DNA from: Longimicrobiales bacterium
GTDB taxonomy: Bacteria; Gemmatimonadota; Gemmatimonadetes; Longimicrobiales; Gaopeijiaceae
Direction: 5' to 3'
DNA: 64,000 nt
NCBI GenBank assembly: GCA_965202805.1
Contig: OZ241869.1
Coordinates: forward strand, 960,001 to 1,024,000
The translations under genes and the position numbers were made by a program. Below, in pieces: positions 39,701 through 48,381 of this stretch (positions are counted from its first letter, which is position 1; each line of letters opens with the position of its first letter). A model generated the notes under the pieces. That model worked only from the letters and a program-made list of their open reading frames with translations. It was not told where the DNA came from and searched no databases.

Positions 39701-39818
39701 CATCTCGGCGCGGGCCAACCTGCTCGGCTTCCTGATCCTGGAGAGCTACTACGCCTACCCATTCCAGCGGCCCGACAAGGGCTGGCACTGGGGCTTCACC
39801 CTGGCGCCGGGCTGGTAG
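36702..39818 (+). CDS. Outer-membrane protein: zincin-like domain, PD40 propeller and Omp85/BamA-like barrel
   Basis: Signal peptide; FGRNKVQY, HELVH, EGMAEY; WSPDG repeats; IRGY and terminal aromatic beta strand. Confidence 0.85.
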   Translation: MTSNSSSAVRRSLRAGILSAVAALSALLPPEPIEGQYFGRNKVQYDSFDFLVMKTPHFDIHYYNEAAVAIEDAARMSERWYERLARTFQHEFERPKPVILYADHPDFQQTNTLSGFISEGTGGVTESLKNRVIMPLAGTYHDTDHVLGHELVHAFQYNIAQSRTGGGLRGMAQLPLWVVEGMAEYLSVGSEDPLTAMWLRDALLRDDVPTLEQMTRERRFFPYRFGQAFWTYVGGTYGDEAVTELYRRSLRVGWENAIVSVLGKTQDSVSADWHRAIESEYRPLMAGRSAPGEVGALLLAPSTGAGGQNVAPSVSPDGRYVAFISEKDLFSVDLFMADARTGRIIRRLSSAASDAHMDALRFLDSSGSWSPDGQLFVFVAIADGDNQLVIVDVDNSDVEQRIAVETANIGAISNPAWSPDGRSIVFAGQSGGISDLFMIDIETEQITRLTNDKHGDMQPAFSPDGSMLAFVSDRGPETDFTDLVFSRPRIALLDMETREVHTLDLFENVKHLNPQFTPDGRGLYFISDQDGFSDIYRVNLPTGEIYRVTNIATAVSGITSGSPAMSVAAETGTLVFSVFDEFEFHIYSLSSQEAGAAQELAREGTEIPLGRLIPPSEPLVRSRVANYLADPLTGLPPSGTYRSEEASTYDPGLKLDYVGQPMIGIGAGDIYGNNLQGGAAAFFSDMLGDRSLGVAVQAQGTFKDVGGQFLYQNMKRRWNWGVSGGRIPYQLLWASFERSPNGMPAYRALRERIYIDSAIGMLAYPFSTTQRIETRFGLTRYSFDLEEEYLFFDPLGRLMDRRVRELEDPQAPLTLVHGAIALVGDNSYSAFTSPVRGSRYRFEYENTVGTADFHTLTADYRRYFNPMRELTIAFRGMHYGRYGITAAETQTGLRQIFLGYESLIRGYARESFDFTGCVQVEVCMESERYRQLFGQRIQVFNFEFRVPITGVSQFGLLNLPFLPIELVTFADVGLAWDNFGDVDLRFDRTTTDRVPVFSTGISARANLLGFLILESYYAYPFQRPDKGWHWGFTLAPGW

Positions 39819-39824
39819 GCCGAG

Positions 39825-39862
39825 GGCGGCGCGCTACCGCTTGCCCGGCGGTCGCCGCCGCC
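39825..39862. terminator. GC-rich hairpin between convergent genes
   Basis: GGCGGCG..ACCGC-loop-GCGGT..CGCCGCC. Confidence 0.4.
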
Positions 39863-39914
39863 TGTCTGTCTGGCGGACGTTACGCCGGAATCGGCTGCCG
39901 GAACCCGCGGGCCG

Positions 39915-40871
39915 TCAGAAGATCGAGAGGCTGATGTACCTGCCGGGATTCTCCCGGATGTCGTCCAGCAGCAGCTGAAGGCTCGATGCGGCCGCGGTCA
40001 GGTTGACGTAGAGCGAGTCGTCGTGGGACAGCATTCCCAGCGTACCCTCCCCCCGCTCAACGCGAGCCAGGATCCCGCGCAGGTCGGTAATCGCCGGTTC
40101 GAGGACCTCGAGGTTCCGGTTGACGGCCGCGAGCGCGGAGTCCGCCCGCATGGCGGCGCTCTCGAGCGCGGGCGCCGTTGACGACGTCGTGCTGCTCACC
40201 GCGCGCGCGGCCTCGTTGATCGACTCCACGAGCTGGGCGAGCTCGCTCCGCTGCTCCCGCCCGATGGCCGCCAGATCCGTCAGCAGGGACTCGAGCTCCT
40301 GCGCGCTCGCCTGAAACGACGCCACCGTGGGCTCGGTCAGCAGGTCGGCGACCCGCTGGATCACGTCGGTGGCTTCGTCCCCGATATCCGACACGATTCC
40401 GAAGACGTCGGAAGTCACAGTCCCCTCAAGGACGTCGCCGCCCTCCGCCATGGCGGGGGAGTTTCCGGGCAGAATCTCCACGGTGCGGCCTCCGAGCAGG
40501 CCGATGCCCACCAGCCGCACCTGCGAGTCACCGGGAATCTCGTATTCCCCTTCGATCTCGAGCTCGATGCTCACCCCCTCGGGCACCATGACGAAGCTCA
40601 TCACACGCCCGATGTTGACGCCGCGCATCTGCACGGGATCGGATCTTCGCAGGCCTCCCGCGTTCTCCACCACGGCCATGACCGAGTAGCGCCCGCGGAA
40701 CATGGACGGATCGGTCAGCATGAAGAGGGCGATCAGCGTGGCCAGCACTCCGGCTACGATGAAGATCCCGACGCGCGCCTCGCTCATGAGCGCCCGCGGC
40801 GGGACGGCCTGGCTGAGTTCCGCGTCCGAGGGCCCGGAACTCGTCCGGTAGTCTGTTTCCGCTTCGTTCAT
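39915..40871 (-). CDS. mlaD: MlaD/MCE family protein
   Basis: N-terminal TM helix, GL...DPV.MRGVNIGRV, GLLG, GEGTLG..L.DDSLY. Confidence 0.9.
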   Translation of the reverse strand: MNEAETDYRTSSGPSDAELSQAVPPRALMSEARVGIFIVAGVLATLIALFMLTDPSMFRGRYSVMAVVENAGGLRRSDPVQMRGVNIGRVMSFVMVPEGVSIELEIEGEYEIPGDSQVRLVGIGLLGGRTVEILPGNSPAMAEGGDVLEGTVTSDVFGIVSDIGDEATDVIQRVADLLTEPTVASFQASAQELESLLTDLAAIGREQRSELAQLVESINEAARAVSSTTSSTAPALESAAMRADSALAAVNRNLEVLEPAITDLRGILARVERGEGTLGMLSHDDSLYVNLTAAASSLQLLLDDIRENPGRYISLSIF

Positions 40872-41650
40872 GTCGTTGCCACCAGGTCTACCGCCGCCTC
40901 GGCGGCGGTTCTGTCCACGAATGCTCTCACGATCGGATCGCTGCTTACCCGGAAGGCCGTGGGGCTGCCGAGGAACCGCAGCCGCCCACCTTCCAGCATC
41001 GCCACCCGGTTACACATCTCCAGCCCTCCCTCGATGTCGTGGGTCACGATGACCGAAGTCACATCCAGTTCGCGGGAGAGACGCCGGATCTGACGCTGCA
41101 CTCCCGCGGTGTTGACCGGATCCAGCCCGGTGGTCGGTTCATCCCAGAGGAGGATGTCCGGCCCTCCCACGATGGCGCGCGCGATCCCCACCCGCTTCTT
41201 CATCCCTCCGGAGAGCTCGGCGGGAAGCTTGGTCATCACTTCACGCGGGTCCAGGAGCACCCGTTCCAGCGCCTGCCACACCAGTCGCGCGATGCGCATG
41301 CCGGTCATGGCGCGAAGACGCCTGAGAGGCAGTCCCGTCTCCACGTTCTCGAAGACGTTGAGGGAGTCGAAGAGCGCCGCATGCTGAAACACGTACCCGA
41401 CCTTGTCGCGGATCTGCCGCAGGTCCCTGCGATCCCCGAAGAACACCGACCTGCCGTCCACCTCCACGTCGCCCCGGTCCGGCACGATGAGGCCGATGGT
41501 GGTCTTGAGCAGGACGCTCTTGCCGGCGCCCGAGGCGCCGAAGAGGCCGAACATCTCTCCCGGGTGGATGTCCAGGTCGATGCCCTCCAGCACGGGGAGG
41601 TCGAACGCCTTGTGGACTCCTCGATACCGGATGACCGGACGAGTCTGCAT
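40868..41650 (-). CDS. mlaF: MlaF-type ABC ATPase
   Basis: GASGAGKS, LSGGMKKRV, DEPTTGLDP, VTHD. Confidence 0.92.
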   Translation of the reverse strand: MQTRPVIRYRGVHKAFDLPVLEGIDLDIHPGEMFGLFGASGAGKSVLLKTTIGLIVPDRGDVEVDGRSVFFGDRRDLRQIRDKVGYVFQHAALFDSLNVFENVETGLPLRRLRAMTGMRIARLVWQALERVLLDPREVMTKLPAELSGGMKKRVGIARAIVGGPDILLWDEPTTGLDPVNTAGVQRQIRRLSRELDVTSVIVTHDIEGGLEMCNRVAMLEGGRLRFLGSPTAFRVSSDPIVRAFVDRTAAEAAVDLVATT

Positions 41651-41674
41651 CGCGCCAGCAGTCCCCACGGGCCG

Positions 41675-42478
41675 TTAGTCCAGCAGGAGGGGTGGGAAGA
41701 GTGCGTCCATGATCAGAACCGCCAGCGTCATGAACATGACCGCCTGCGTCGTCGTCTTGCCGACTCCTTCGGCTCCTCCCTCCGTCCGCAGTCCCATGTG
41801 GATGGCGACCACGGGGATCGTGAAGCCGAAGACGAGCGCCTTCGTGAGCGAGTAGAAGAGATCCCAGGACTGCCAGTAGAGACGAGCCCCGTACAGGAAG
41901 CTGTTGGGCCCGAGCCCCACGGTGAGCTGCGCCGAGACCATGCCCGCCAGGATTCCCACCAGGTTTGCGATCGCGACCAGGATGGGAACCACGATGATGC
42001 CCGCGACCACCCTGGGAGCGGCCAGAATCGACACCGGATCCCGCCCTACGCTGTAGAAGGCGTCGATCTGCTCGGAGACCTTCATGGTCCCGAGTTCCGC
42101 GGTGATGCGGGCGCCTACGCGGCCCACCAGGACGATCGCGGTCAGCACCGGTCCCATCTCCAGGACCACCGACTCGGCGACGATGCTGCCCAGCACGTAA
42201 AGGGGGATGGCCCCGGTGAACTGGTAGCCGCCCTGCTGGCTGGTGACGATGCCGGCGAGCACGGCCGTCAGGACCACGATGGGGATGCTCTGCACGCCCA
42301 TCACGTACATCTGGCGCAGGATCGACCGCAGCGAGACCCGGAGGCCCACGAGTGCGGCGACGATGTCGCGCAGCAGGATCGCGATCTCGCCGGAGTGCTG
42401 CAGCACGGTGCGGCCGGCGCGCGCCACCTGCGCCAGTCCGCGTTCGACCCGGGAAGGGGCCTCGGAGCGCCCCGTCAC
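41675..42478 (-). CDS. mlaE: MlaE-type ABC permease
   Basis: EMGPVLTAI...GRVG..ITAELGTMKVSEQIDA, GGAEGVG. Confidence 0.93.
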   Translation of the reverse strand: MTGRSEAPSRVERGLAQVARAGRTVLQHSGEIAILLRDIVAALVGLRVSLRSILRQMYVMGVQSIPIVVLTAVLAGIVTSQQGGYQFTGAIPLYVLGSIVAESVVLEMGPVLTAIVLVGRVGARITAELGTMKVSEQIDAFYSVGRDPVSILAAPRVVAGIIVVPILVAIANLVGILAGMVSAQLTVGLGPNSFLYGARLYWQSWDLFYSLTKALVFGFTIPVVAIHMGLRTEGGAEGVGKTTTQAVMFMTLAVLIMDALFPPLLLD

Positions 42479-42722
42479 GGCCGGGAATCCGCGAGCGGCG
42501 CAGGCGCCGAACCCGTTCCGGCGAATGGCCCGATGCTCCTCATGCCTGCCGTTTTCTCCCTGGGTAACCTGCTGAGGTACAAGGGCTCTCCAACCAGTGC
42601 GCCACGAAGTGCCGCCGGGTACGCGCAGGATCCGCCCGCGCGCGCAGCCCATCGGCGTGGGAAGCATCTACGATTGCGGAGCCGATGGCAAGGGATCGCG
42701 GCTCCACCCGCGCATCATCGGC

Positions 42723-43436
42723 TCATGCGTCGGACACCGCGACCTCATCGGCACGGCGCGTCACCTCGTTCAACAGGGATTCGAGCCGATGCCGGTCCCC
42801 GGAATCGGAGTCGTGGTCCGGATCCCCGCCGGAGTGGCGGTCGGCCTCGAAGCGGCGCACGCATACGCGTACCCGGGCAAACGGCTTGGGGACGGCCATC
42901 CGGTCCCAGGAGTTCAGTCGCCAGTGGCGGTCCGACGCCAGGCCCATGGCCAGGACGGGCGCGCCGGACACGCGAGCCAGTACCAGGATTCCACGCTTCA
43001 GGTGTCGCGCCGGGCCTCGGGGCCCGTCCGGGACCAGGATGGGAGAGGAACCGCGGCGCCGAACGACGGCGCGAAGGGCCCACATCGCCTCGCGCCCGCC
43101 CGCGCTCGAGGAGCCGCGGACGATGCGCGCGCCCCATCGCCGCATGATGCGCGCAACCAACTCGCCGTCTCCCGACCGGCTGGTGAGGGCCGTGACGTCC
43201 ACGCCCTCCCCCCGCGCCATGCGCGCACCCGTAAAATACGCCCCGAGGATGACGCGGTCGTGCCAGAAGGCGAGGATGGCGGGCGGGCCGCCCGCGGCGA
43301 GCTGGTCCAGGTGCTCGCGGCCCTCCGCGATCTCGATGCGCCAGGTGCGGCCGAGGGCCTCGACGAACCAGCCCAGCAGCGTGGTTGCGAGGGCTCTCCG
43401 CCCGCGCTTGAGCCGCGTCGCGATGTCAGCACGCAT
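42723..43436 (-). CDS. DUF374 lysophospholipid acyltransferase family protein
   Basis: FWH, SRSGDGE, VRGSS, PDGPRGP, SWDR...PKPF. Confidence 0.88.
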   Translation of the reverse strand: MRADIATRLKRGRRALATTLLGWFVEALGRTWRIEIAEGREHLDQLAAGGPPAILAFWHDRVILGAYFTGARMARGEGVDVTALTSRSGDGELVARIMRRWGARIVRGSSSAGGREAMWALRAVVRRRGSSPILVPDGPRGPARHLKRGILVLARVSGAPVLAMGLASDRHWRLNSWDRMAVPKPFARVRVCVRRFEADRHSGGDPDHDSDSGDRHRLESLLNEVTRRADEVAVSDA

Positions 43437-43503
43437 GCGGCGCTTCCCCTGCGGCGAGAAGTCGACCCGAACCTCGGAGGAGCGAAGTCCGCGAGGAGGC
43501 AAG

Positions 43504-43587
43504 TGCCGGGAGTGGGACTCGAACCCACACGCCCCAACGGGCAAAGGTTTTTGAGACCTTCGCGTCTACCTGTTCCGCCATCCCGGC
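43504..43587 (-). tRNA. tRNA-Leu(CAA)
   Basis: GCCGGGATGGCGGAACAGGTAGACGC...CTCAAAA..long variable arm..GGTTCGAGTCCC...CCCGGCA. Confidence 0.96.
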
Positions 43588-43593
43588 AGGATG
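43575..43593. repeat. att core (left junction)
   Basis: ccgccatcccggcaggatg is identical to 54929-54947. Confidence 0.92.
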
Positions 43594-43619
43594 TTCCCAG
43601 TGGTAATCTGGCTGAAACC

Positions 43620-43635
43620 ATTGAACTTACGCGAT
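43620..43635. repeat. Putative arm-type integrase site
   Basis: attgaacttacgcgat matches 54884-54899 at 15/16 positions. Confidence 0.7.
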
Positions 43636-43667
43636 TGCGTGTTCGGGTTCCAGCCAATTGGGTCCCG

Positions 43668-44837
43668 CTAATTGCGCGGAGAGCAGACGCCTCGGCGGTC
43701 CTCAAGGGCTCTCCTGAGCTGATCTTCGTCGGCTCGCTGGTAGCATTGGAGCACCGTTCGGGCCGTCTGCCAGCCGCCGAGCTCGCAGAGCACCTTGAGC
43801 GGCTGGTTCATCAGATCCGAAGCGAACTTCCGCCGAAGCGAGTGCCAGCCCCGGCCACGCTTCGGCTCCAGTCCCGCGCGTGCTTCGGCCTTCTGCCACC
43901 AGTCACGGACCAGCCAACGGCTGACGCATGTGGAGGGATCCTTGAAAGTAGGTAGCACAGGTAGGTCCCCGGGGCTGAAGCTCCCTTGCCGCGCCTCGTC
44001 GAGGACCGCGAGCGCCTGGACGGTCAACGGCGTTCGGTGCTCGTAGCCGGACTTGTCGTGCTCGCCCCGCCACCGGACGGTCTTGGTCTCGGTGTCGATA
44101 TCGGACCATCGAAGCTGCCGAATGGCCCCGATACGATGCCCCGTCTCGTGTGCGAGGACGAAGGCGACGCGGAAGCGCCAGTCCATCTCCGCCGACACGC
44201 CGAGCAGGGCCTCGTATTCCGCCTGTGTAAGAAGCACCCGGGTCGGATTCTTCTCCTTCGGCGTCCTGAGGCCTCTCAGGGGATTCGAATCGAGGAGGAG
44301 TCTCCCCTGCTCGTCCCTCGATTTCGCAGCCCAGTTGAGGACTGCGATCAGGAGCTTGAGGTCGTGTTCGATCGTTCGATCGGACACCGGCTTGCCGCTC
44401 GGTCCGACCTCGCCCGACCGCCGCGCCCGGATGAACCGGTCCCAGTCCCTCCGCGACAGCGTAGCCGGATCTCGATTCCGTCCGAGGAATCCGAGAAACA
44501 TCTTCATCGCGGCTCTGTCGTGGAGGCGCGACTGGCAGCCCTTGGTGGGCGTCACCTCCTCACCGTAGATGTCAAAAAGCCTCTCCAGCGTGAGCGGCTC
44601 GGGCTCGGCTTGTGCCTTGCCGTTCAACTCCGGGCCGACGAATCCGGCGGCGAACTCGTCCGCCTGCCGTTTCGCCCTCGCCCAGTCGCGGTGTCCGAGC
44701 GACCGGGTGCGCCTGCGCCCGTTCTCGCGCCACTCCACCTGGAACAAGCCGGTTTTCGGATCCGGGAAGACCCGGACCCTGTTCCGGCCCCACTCGCCGG
44801 CGCCGTAGCTCCGGCGGCTTCGTTTCGTGCGTGCCAT
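43668..44837 (-). CDS. Tyrosine recombinase/integrase
   Basis: ETGHRIG (R), HDK (K), WHSLRR (HxxR), LGGW (W), QCY (Y); basic N-terminal arm-binding region. Confidence 0.95.
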   Translation of the reverse strand: MARTKRSRRSYGAGEWGRNRVRVFPDPKTGLFQVEWRENGRRRTRSLGHRDWARAKRQADEFAAGFVGPELNGKAQAEPEPLTLERLFDIYGEEVTPTKGCQSRLHDRAAMKMFLGFLGRNRDPATLSRRDWDRFIRARRSGEVGPSGKPVSDRTIEHDLKLLIAVLNWAAKSRDEQGRLLLDSNPLRGLRTPKEKNPTRVLLTQAEYEALLGVSAEMDWRFRVAFVLAHETGHRIGAIRQLRWSDIDTETKTVRWRGEHDKSGYEHRTPLTVQALAVLDEARQGSFSPGDLPVLPTFKDPSTCVSRWLVRDWWQKAEARAGLEPKRGRGWHSLRRKFASDLMNQPLKVLCELGGWQTARTVLQCYQRADEDQLRRALEDRRGVCSPRN

Positions 44838-44983
44838 CGTTCGATTCCTCCCGATTCGATGGACTGCACGATCTGCGCGTTTGAAACCTCGCGCAGGGCT
44901 CGCCCGTCGTCCAGAGTTGGCGGCCCGGCCGGTTCTGGCGCGGGCGCGCCACGGGGGCGCTGGTTTCTGCGGTTTGTGGAGGA

Positions 44984-45018
44984 GCCAGATGTGTTTTCGC
45001 TGCACGAAAACCTCTGGC
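44984..45018. other. Putative oriT inverted repeat
   Basis: GCCAGA..GTTTTCG-ctgca-CGAAAAC.TCTGGC immediately upstream of mobC. Confidence 0.6.
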
Positions 45019-45081
45019 CGGGGGATGCCCCCGGACCCCCGAAACGACACTTCCGCGCGCCACCAAAGGAGGCCGCCCGAC

Positions 45082-45426
45082 ATGGCCCGTCCCCGGAAGC
45101 CCGAGGCCGAACGCAGGAGCCGCACGATCGGCGTGCGCGTCACGACCGCGGAGGCCGCGGAGATCGCCGAGCGGGCCGGAGCGGCCCGCATGACGAGGGG
45201 CGGCTACATGCGCCGCAGGGCGCTCGGGCAGCCGGTCCGCGAGGCGGCCGTTCACCGTCTCGGCGCCAGGGAGCGGGTCGAACTCCACCGGATCGGCGTG
45301 AACCTGAACCAGATCGCCCGCGCCCTGAACTCGGGAGCGTCCGCACCGGCCGGGACGCTGGAGGCGGTCGAGCGGGTGGGCGATCTTGCGGCCGATCTTC
45401 TGAGCGGCGAGGGGCTGGACCGCTGA
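45082..45426 (+). CDS. mobC: MobC relaxosome accessory protein (RHH)
   Basis: AAAGGAGG RBS; RTIGVRVT..E; ELHRIGVNLNQIARALN. Confidence 0.92.
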   Translation: MARPRKPEAERRSRTIGVRVTTAEAAEIAERAGAARMTRGGYMRRRALGQPVREAAVHRLGARERVELHRIGVNLNQIARALNSGASAPAGTLEAVERVGDLAADLLSGEGLDR

Positions 45427-46619
45427 TCCCGAAGATCAACGGACTGGGCCGCTCGTTCGCCGGGGTCGCGGCGTACTGCCTCCACGATGCCCCGGAGCCG
45501 GACGACCGCCGGCCGAGGACGTCGGAGCGGGTCGGGTGGGCCGACACCCGCAACCTCGCGACGTTCCGGCCGGAGCGGGCCGCGCGGCTGATGGCCGCGA
45601 CGGCGAGGGCGGCTCCCGACCTCAAGCGGCTTTCGGGCGTGGCGCGAGGGGGCCGGAAGCTGGCGAAGCCGGTCCTGCACTACTCGCTCAGCTGGGCGCA
45701 GGACGAGACGCCCGACAAGCGGGAGATGAGCCGGGCGGTGGACCGGAGTCTGGAGGCGCTGGGGCTGGAGGGCCACGAGGCGCTGATCGTCGCGCACGAG
45801 GACACCGGGCACCCGCATGTCCACGTCATCGCCAACCGTGTCGATCCAGAGACCGGGAAGGCGGCGACGCTGGGCAACAGCAAGCTCCGGCTGTCGCGCT
45901 GGGCCGAGGGCTACGAGCGCGAGCAGGGCCGGATCCGGTGCGAGAGGCGGGTCGAGAACAACGAGCGGCGGCGGGCGGGCAAGCAGGTGCTTCGCCTCAC
46001 GGGGGATCGGCCGCGCCACTGGGCGCGCGTCCGCCGCGAGGGGATGCAGCCCGGGCGGGCGCGGCGGGCGAGGACGCCGCGCGAGGAGGAGCGGGTCGAC
46101 TTGGAGGCATGGCGGCACCTTGAGGCGGAGGCTTGGGAGAAGGTCGAGGACGGGCGCGAGTGGGGCTTCCGGCACCTTGAGACCCGGGCGCGGAGGGAAT
46201 GGGCCGAGCTGCACAAGCGGCAGGAGGAGATGCGGCAGAGGCTCGACCGGGAGAGCCGTACCGTGCTCGGGCGGCTCCGGATCTGGCGGATCGAGCGCTC
46301 GTTGCGGGAACTGGTCGGTGCGGTCCGGGGCCGGGAGGACCTGGTCGAGGGCTGGCGCGACGATCTCGCCCGGAATCACAGGGACGAACGGGCCGCGCTG
46401 GGCAAGGCACACGGCGAGCGCGCCCGGGAGATCGAGCGCGGTGTGCGTAAGCACTATCGAAGCGGGCTGGTGGACGCGGAGCGGCGCGCATGGGCAGTGC
46501 GGGAGACGATGAGGGAGCGCCAAGAGACGGGGGAGCGGGAGAGCGGTCCGAGCATCATCATCCCCATTTCCCCCCGGCGCAAAGGCCCCGAGCGTGGCGG
46601 GGGAGGGTTCGAGCGATGA
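45423..46619 (+). CDS. Relaxase/mobilization nuclease (MOBP/VirD2-like), CTG start
   Basis: (L)IPKI...RSF.GVAAY, PVLHYSLSW, AHEDTGHPHVHVIANRV HUH motif. Confidence 0.9.
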   Translation: MIPKINGLGRSFAGVAAYCLHDAPEPDDRRPRTSERVGWADTRNLATFRPERAARLMAATARAAPDLKRLSGVARGGRKLAKPVLHYSLSWAQDETPDKREMSRAVDRSLEALGLEGHEALIVAHEDTGHPHVHVIANRVDPETGKAATLGNSKLRLSRWAEGYEREQGRIRCERRVENNERRRAGKQVLRLTGDRPRHWARVRREGMQPGRARRARTPREEERVDLEAWRHLEAEAWEKVEDGREWGFRHLETRARREWAELHKRQEEMRQRLDRESRTVLGRLRIWRIERSLRELVGAVRGREDLVEGWRDDLARNHRDERAALGKAHGERAREIERGVRKHYRSGLVDAERRAWAVRETMRERQETGERESGPSIIIPISPRRKGPERGGGGFER

Positions 46620-46844
46620 CCCTTGACGCGCGCCGAGATCTTCCGCCTCGGGATGTTGCCGGTGACCGCGTGGCGGAAAGTCGGTGCGATCAGCCGCGTG
46701 TAACGCCGCGCCGATTCAGGCGGCGGAACACAGCAAGCTGCCCAAAGTGATCCGGTTGCTTCTCGAGATCCCCGGATTGGACACGCTCCCGGCTGGCTTC
46801 GGTCCTACGCCCCCGCCTGGGAGAACCGGCGGCGCCATCCCCGC

Positions 46845-47261
46845 TCACGGAGAGCGCGCGACGAACACGGCCTGCAAGTGCGTCTCCCCCTCTTCCTTGG
46901 CAGCTATGAATCTGTGCCTGCCGTCCAAGACCGCCAGCGTACCGCCGGGCAGGCCGCGCACAACGAGCGGGCGGTCTCGATATGTCCGCTCCCGGCGCAG
47001 CTTTTCAATCCACTCGCGACAGGCGAGCGCGGGATCCTGAATGGAGACCACACGACGAAGCGCGATCCGTTCAGCGGGCAACGTCGCGCTCATGGTATCC
47101 ATGACATGCGTCCTCAGGTCCATTGCAATGGCGTGACCGGAGTCGTCGTCCCGAGTCGCGTCAATTGCTCGTTCGAGGCTAACAAACCAGCGCCTTAACG
47201 TCTCGCCATCGTACGTCCCCGCCGCCAACCCGTCCTCAATCTTCCCGACGGTCATGCTCAT
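46845..47261 (-). CDS. Small ParB/Srx-fold protein
   Basis: PLVV......VLDGRHRFIAA motif; GGAGG RBS. Confidence 0.72.
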   Translation of the reverse strand: MSMTVGKIEDGLAAGTYDGETLRRWFVSLERAIDATRDDDSGHAIAMDLRTHVMDTMSATLPAERIALRRVVSIQDPALACREWIEKLRRERTYRDRPLVVRGLPGGTLAVLDGRHRFIAAKEEGETHLQAVFVARSP

Positions 47262-47660
47262 TTCAGTTGGCCTCCCGGCCTCTGGCCGCTGGCGGCCGTC
47301 CGTCGTCTCCAGCAAGCCACGGCATTTGGCCATCTCACGCGGGGAGGCGTCGGTGCCGATGTGGGCCAGTAGAGCGGCCGCGGTGGATGGCCGGAAGCCC
47401 CTGCCCTCTCATCCAAACCGAGCACCCGCGCGATAGCCGTCAGCCTGCCATGACACACCCCGTCCGCGAGGTGTCGAAAATGTCGGGGTCCGAGCGCTGT
47501 CCCGCGGGAGAGAGCGGAGCGCGGGCGCCGGTCAATCGGAATGGTGCGCAGGAAAGTCCCGTCGCGCGCGTCCGGTACGTCACTTCGCCGGTGACGCCAG
47601 AGGGTGCAAGCATCCGGTGCCATGCGGTCGCCGGCAGGCACGTGCCGGCACCGAGGACCC

Positions 47661-48221
47661 TCACCGGGCGGATTCCTCCCCACGAAAGGCCATCTGGATA
47701 GCGCGGCGTCGGTTGTCGGTGGCTTCTTTGTCCGCTCCCCAAGCGGCAATCCGTCTGGTTTGGGCAGCGCGCGTCTCCGGTGTCTCGTGCTCCGGGCACC
47801 AAACCGCGATTTTGACTCGCTCAGGGTGTTCCTGTAAGCACTCGGGACAGGGCTCTACGGCCGCGATGCGCCGGGCGGCCTCAAGGCAGACGCCGAACTC
47901 CGTTGCGTCTTCCAATTGCTGCGCCAGCTCCCACAGCATCAGGCCGGCACTGTCCCGTTGCCATGCACTGGCGTCCCGCAAACGGCCCGTGGCCACCCCG
48001 ACCGCCTTGAGTGCGTCCCGCTCGGTCGCCAAGCCCTTGCGAAGGGTTGCTGCGTAGCTCCAAGCCAGGGCGATCAGAAGAGACACCGCAATCGCCGCCC
48101 AGAGGGGAATCCCCCACCACAAGGCCAACACCGCAAGCACCGCCCACCGCCAGATCACGTCACCGGCGCTCCGGCTTTTCGCCCGCACTGGAGCAAGTCG
48201 GGAGTCACAGCCCGCCCCCAT
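47661..48221 (-). CDS. Hypothetical membrane protein with CPEC/CPEH motifs
   Basis: Trp-rich hydrophobic hairpin followed by a helical region; start uncertain. Confidence 0.5.
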   Translation of the reverse strand: MGAGCDSRLAPVRAKSRSAGDVIWRWAVLAVLALWWGIPLWAAIAVSLLIALAWSYAATLRKGLATERDALKAVGVATGRLRDASAWQRDSAGLMLWELAQQLEDATEFGVCLEAARRIAAVEPCPECLQEHPERVKIAVWCPEHETPETRAAQTRRIAAWGADKEATDNRRRAIQMAFRGEESAR

Positions 48222-48381
48222 GAACAACGGGTGCCGCACCGACCGAAAGCTCCCTGTAGCGCGATGGAGAAGCCACGGTACACCGAGTCGAAAAGGTTGA
48301 CTTGTGGTTCCGGCATCCGTTCACCCCGCACTCCAAGCGGCTCCGAGTCGACCTCCAAGGAGGTCTCGCTCCGGTACGACG

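Noticed and set aside
43986..45422. Apparent 877-aa relaxase with a long N-terminal extension
   Set aside because: The extension is antisense to the integrase and overlaps mobC; relaxase homology begins only at 45423
47262..47660. Possible frameshifted gene upstream of the ParB-like ORF
   Set aside because: Short protein-like stretches in different frames but no recognisable family; cannot be supported
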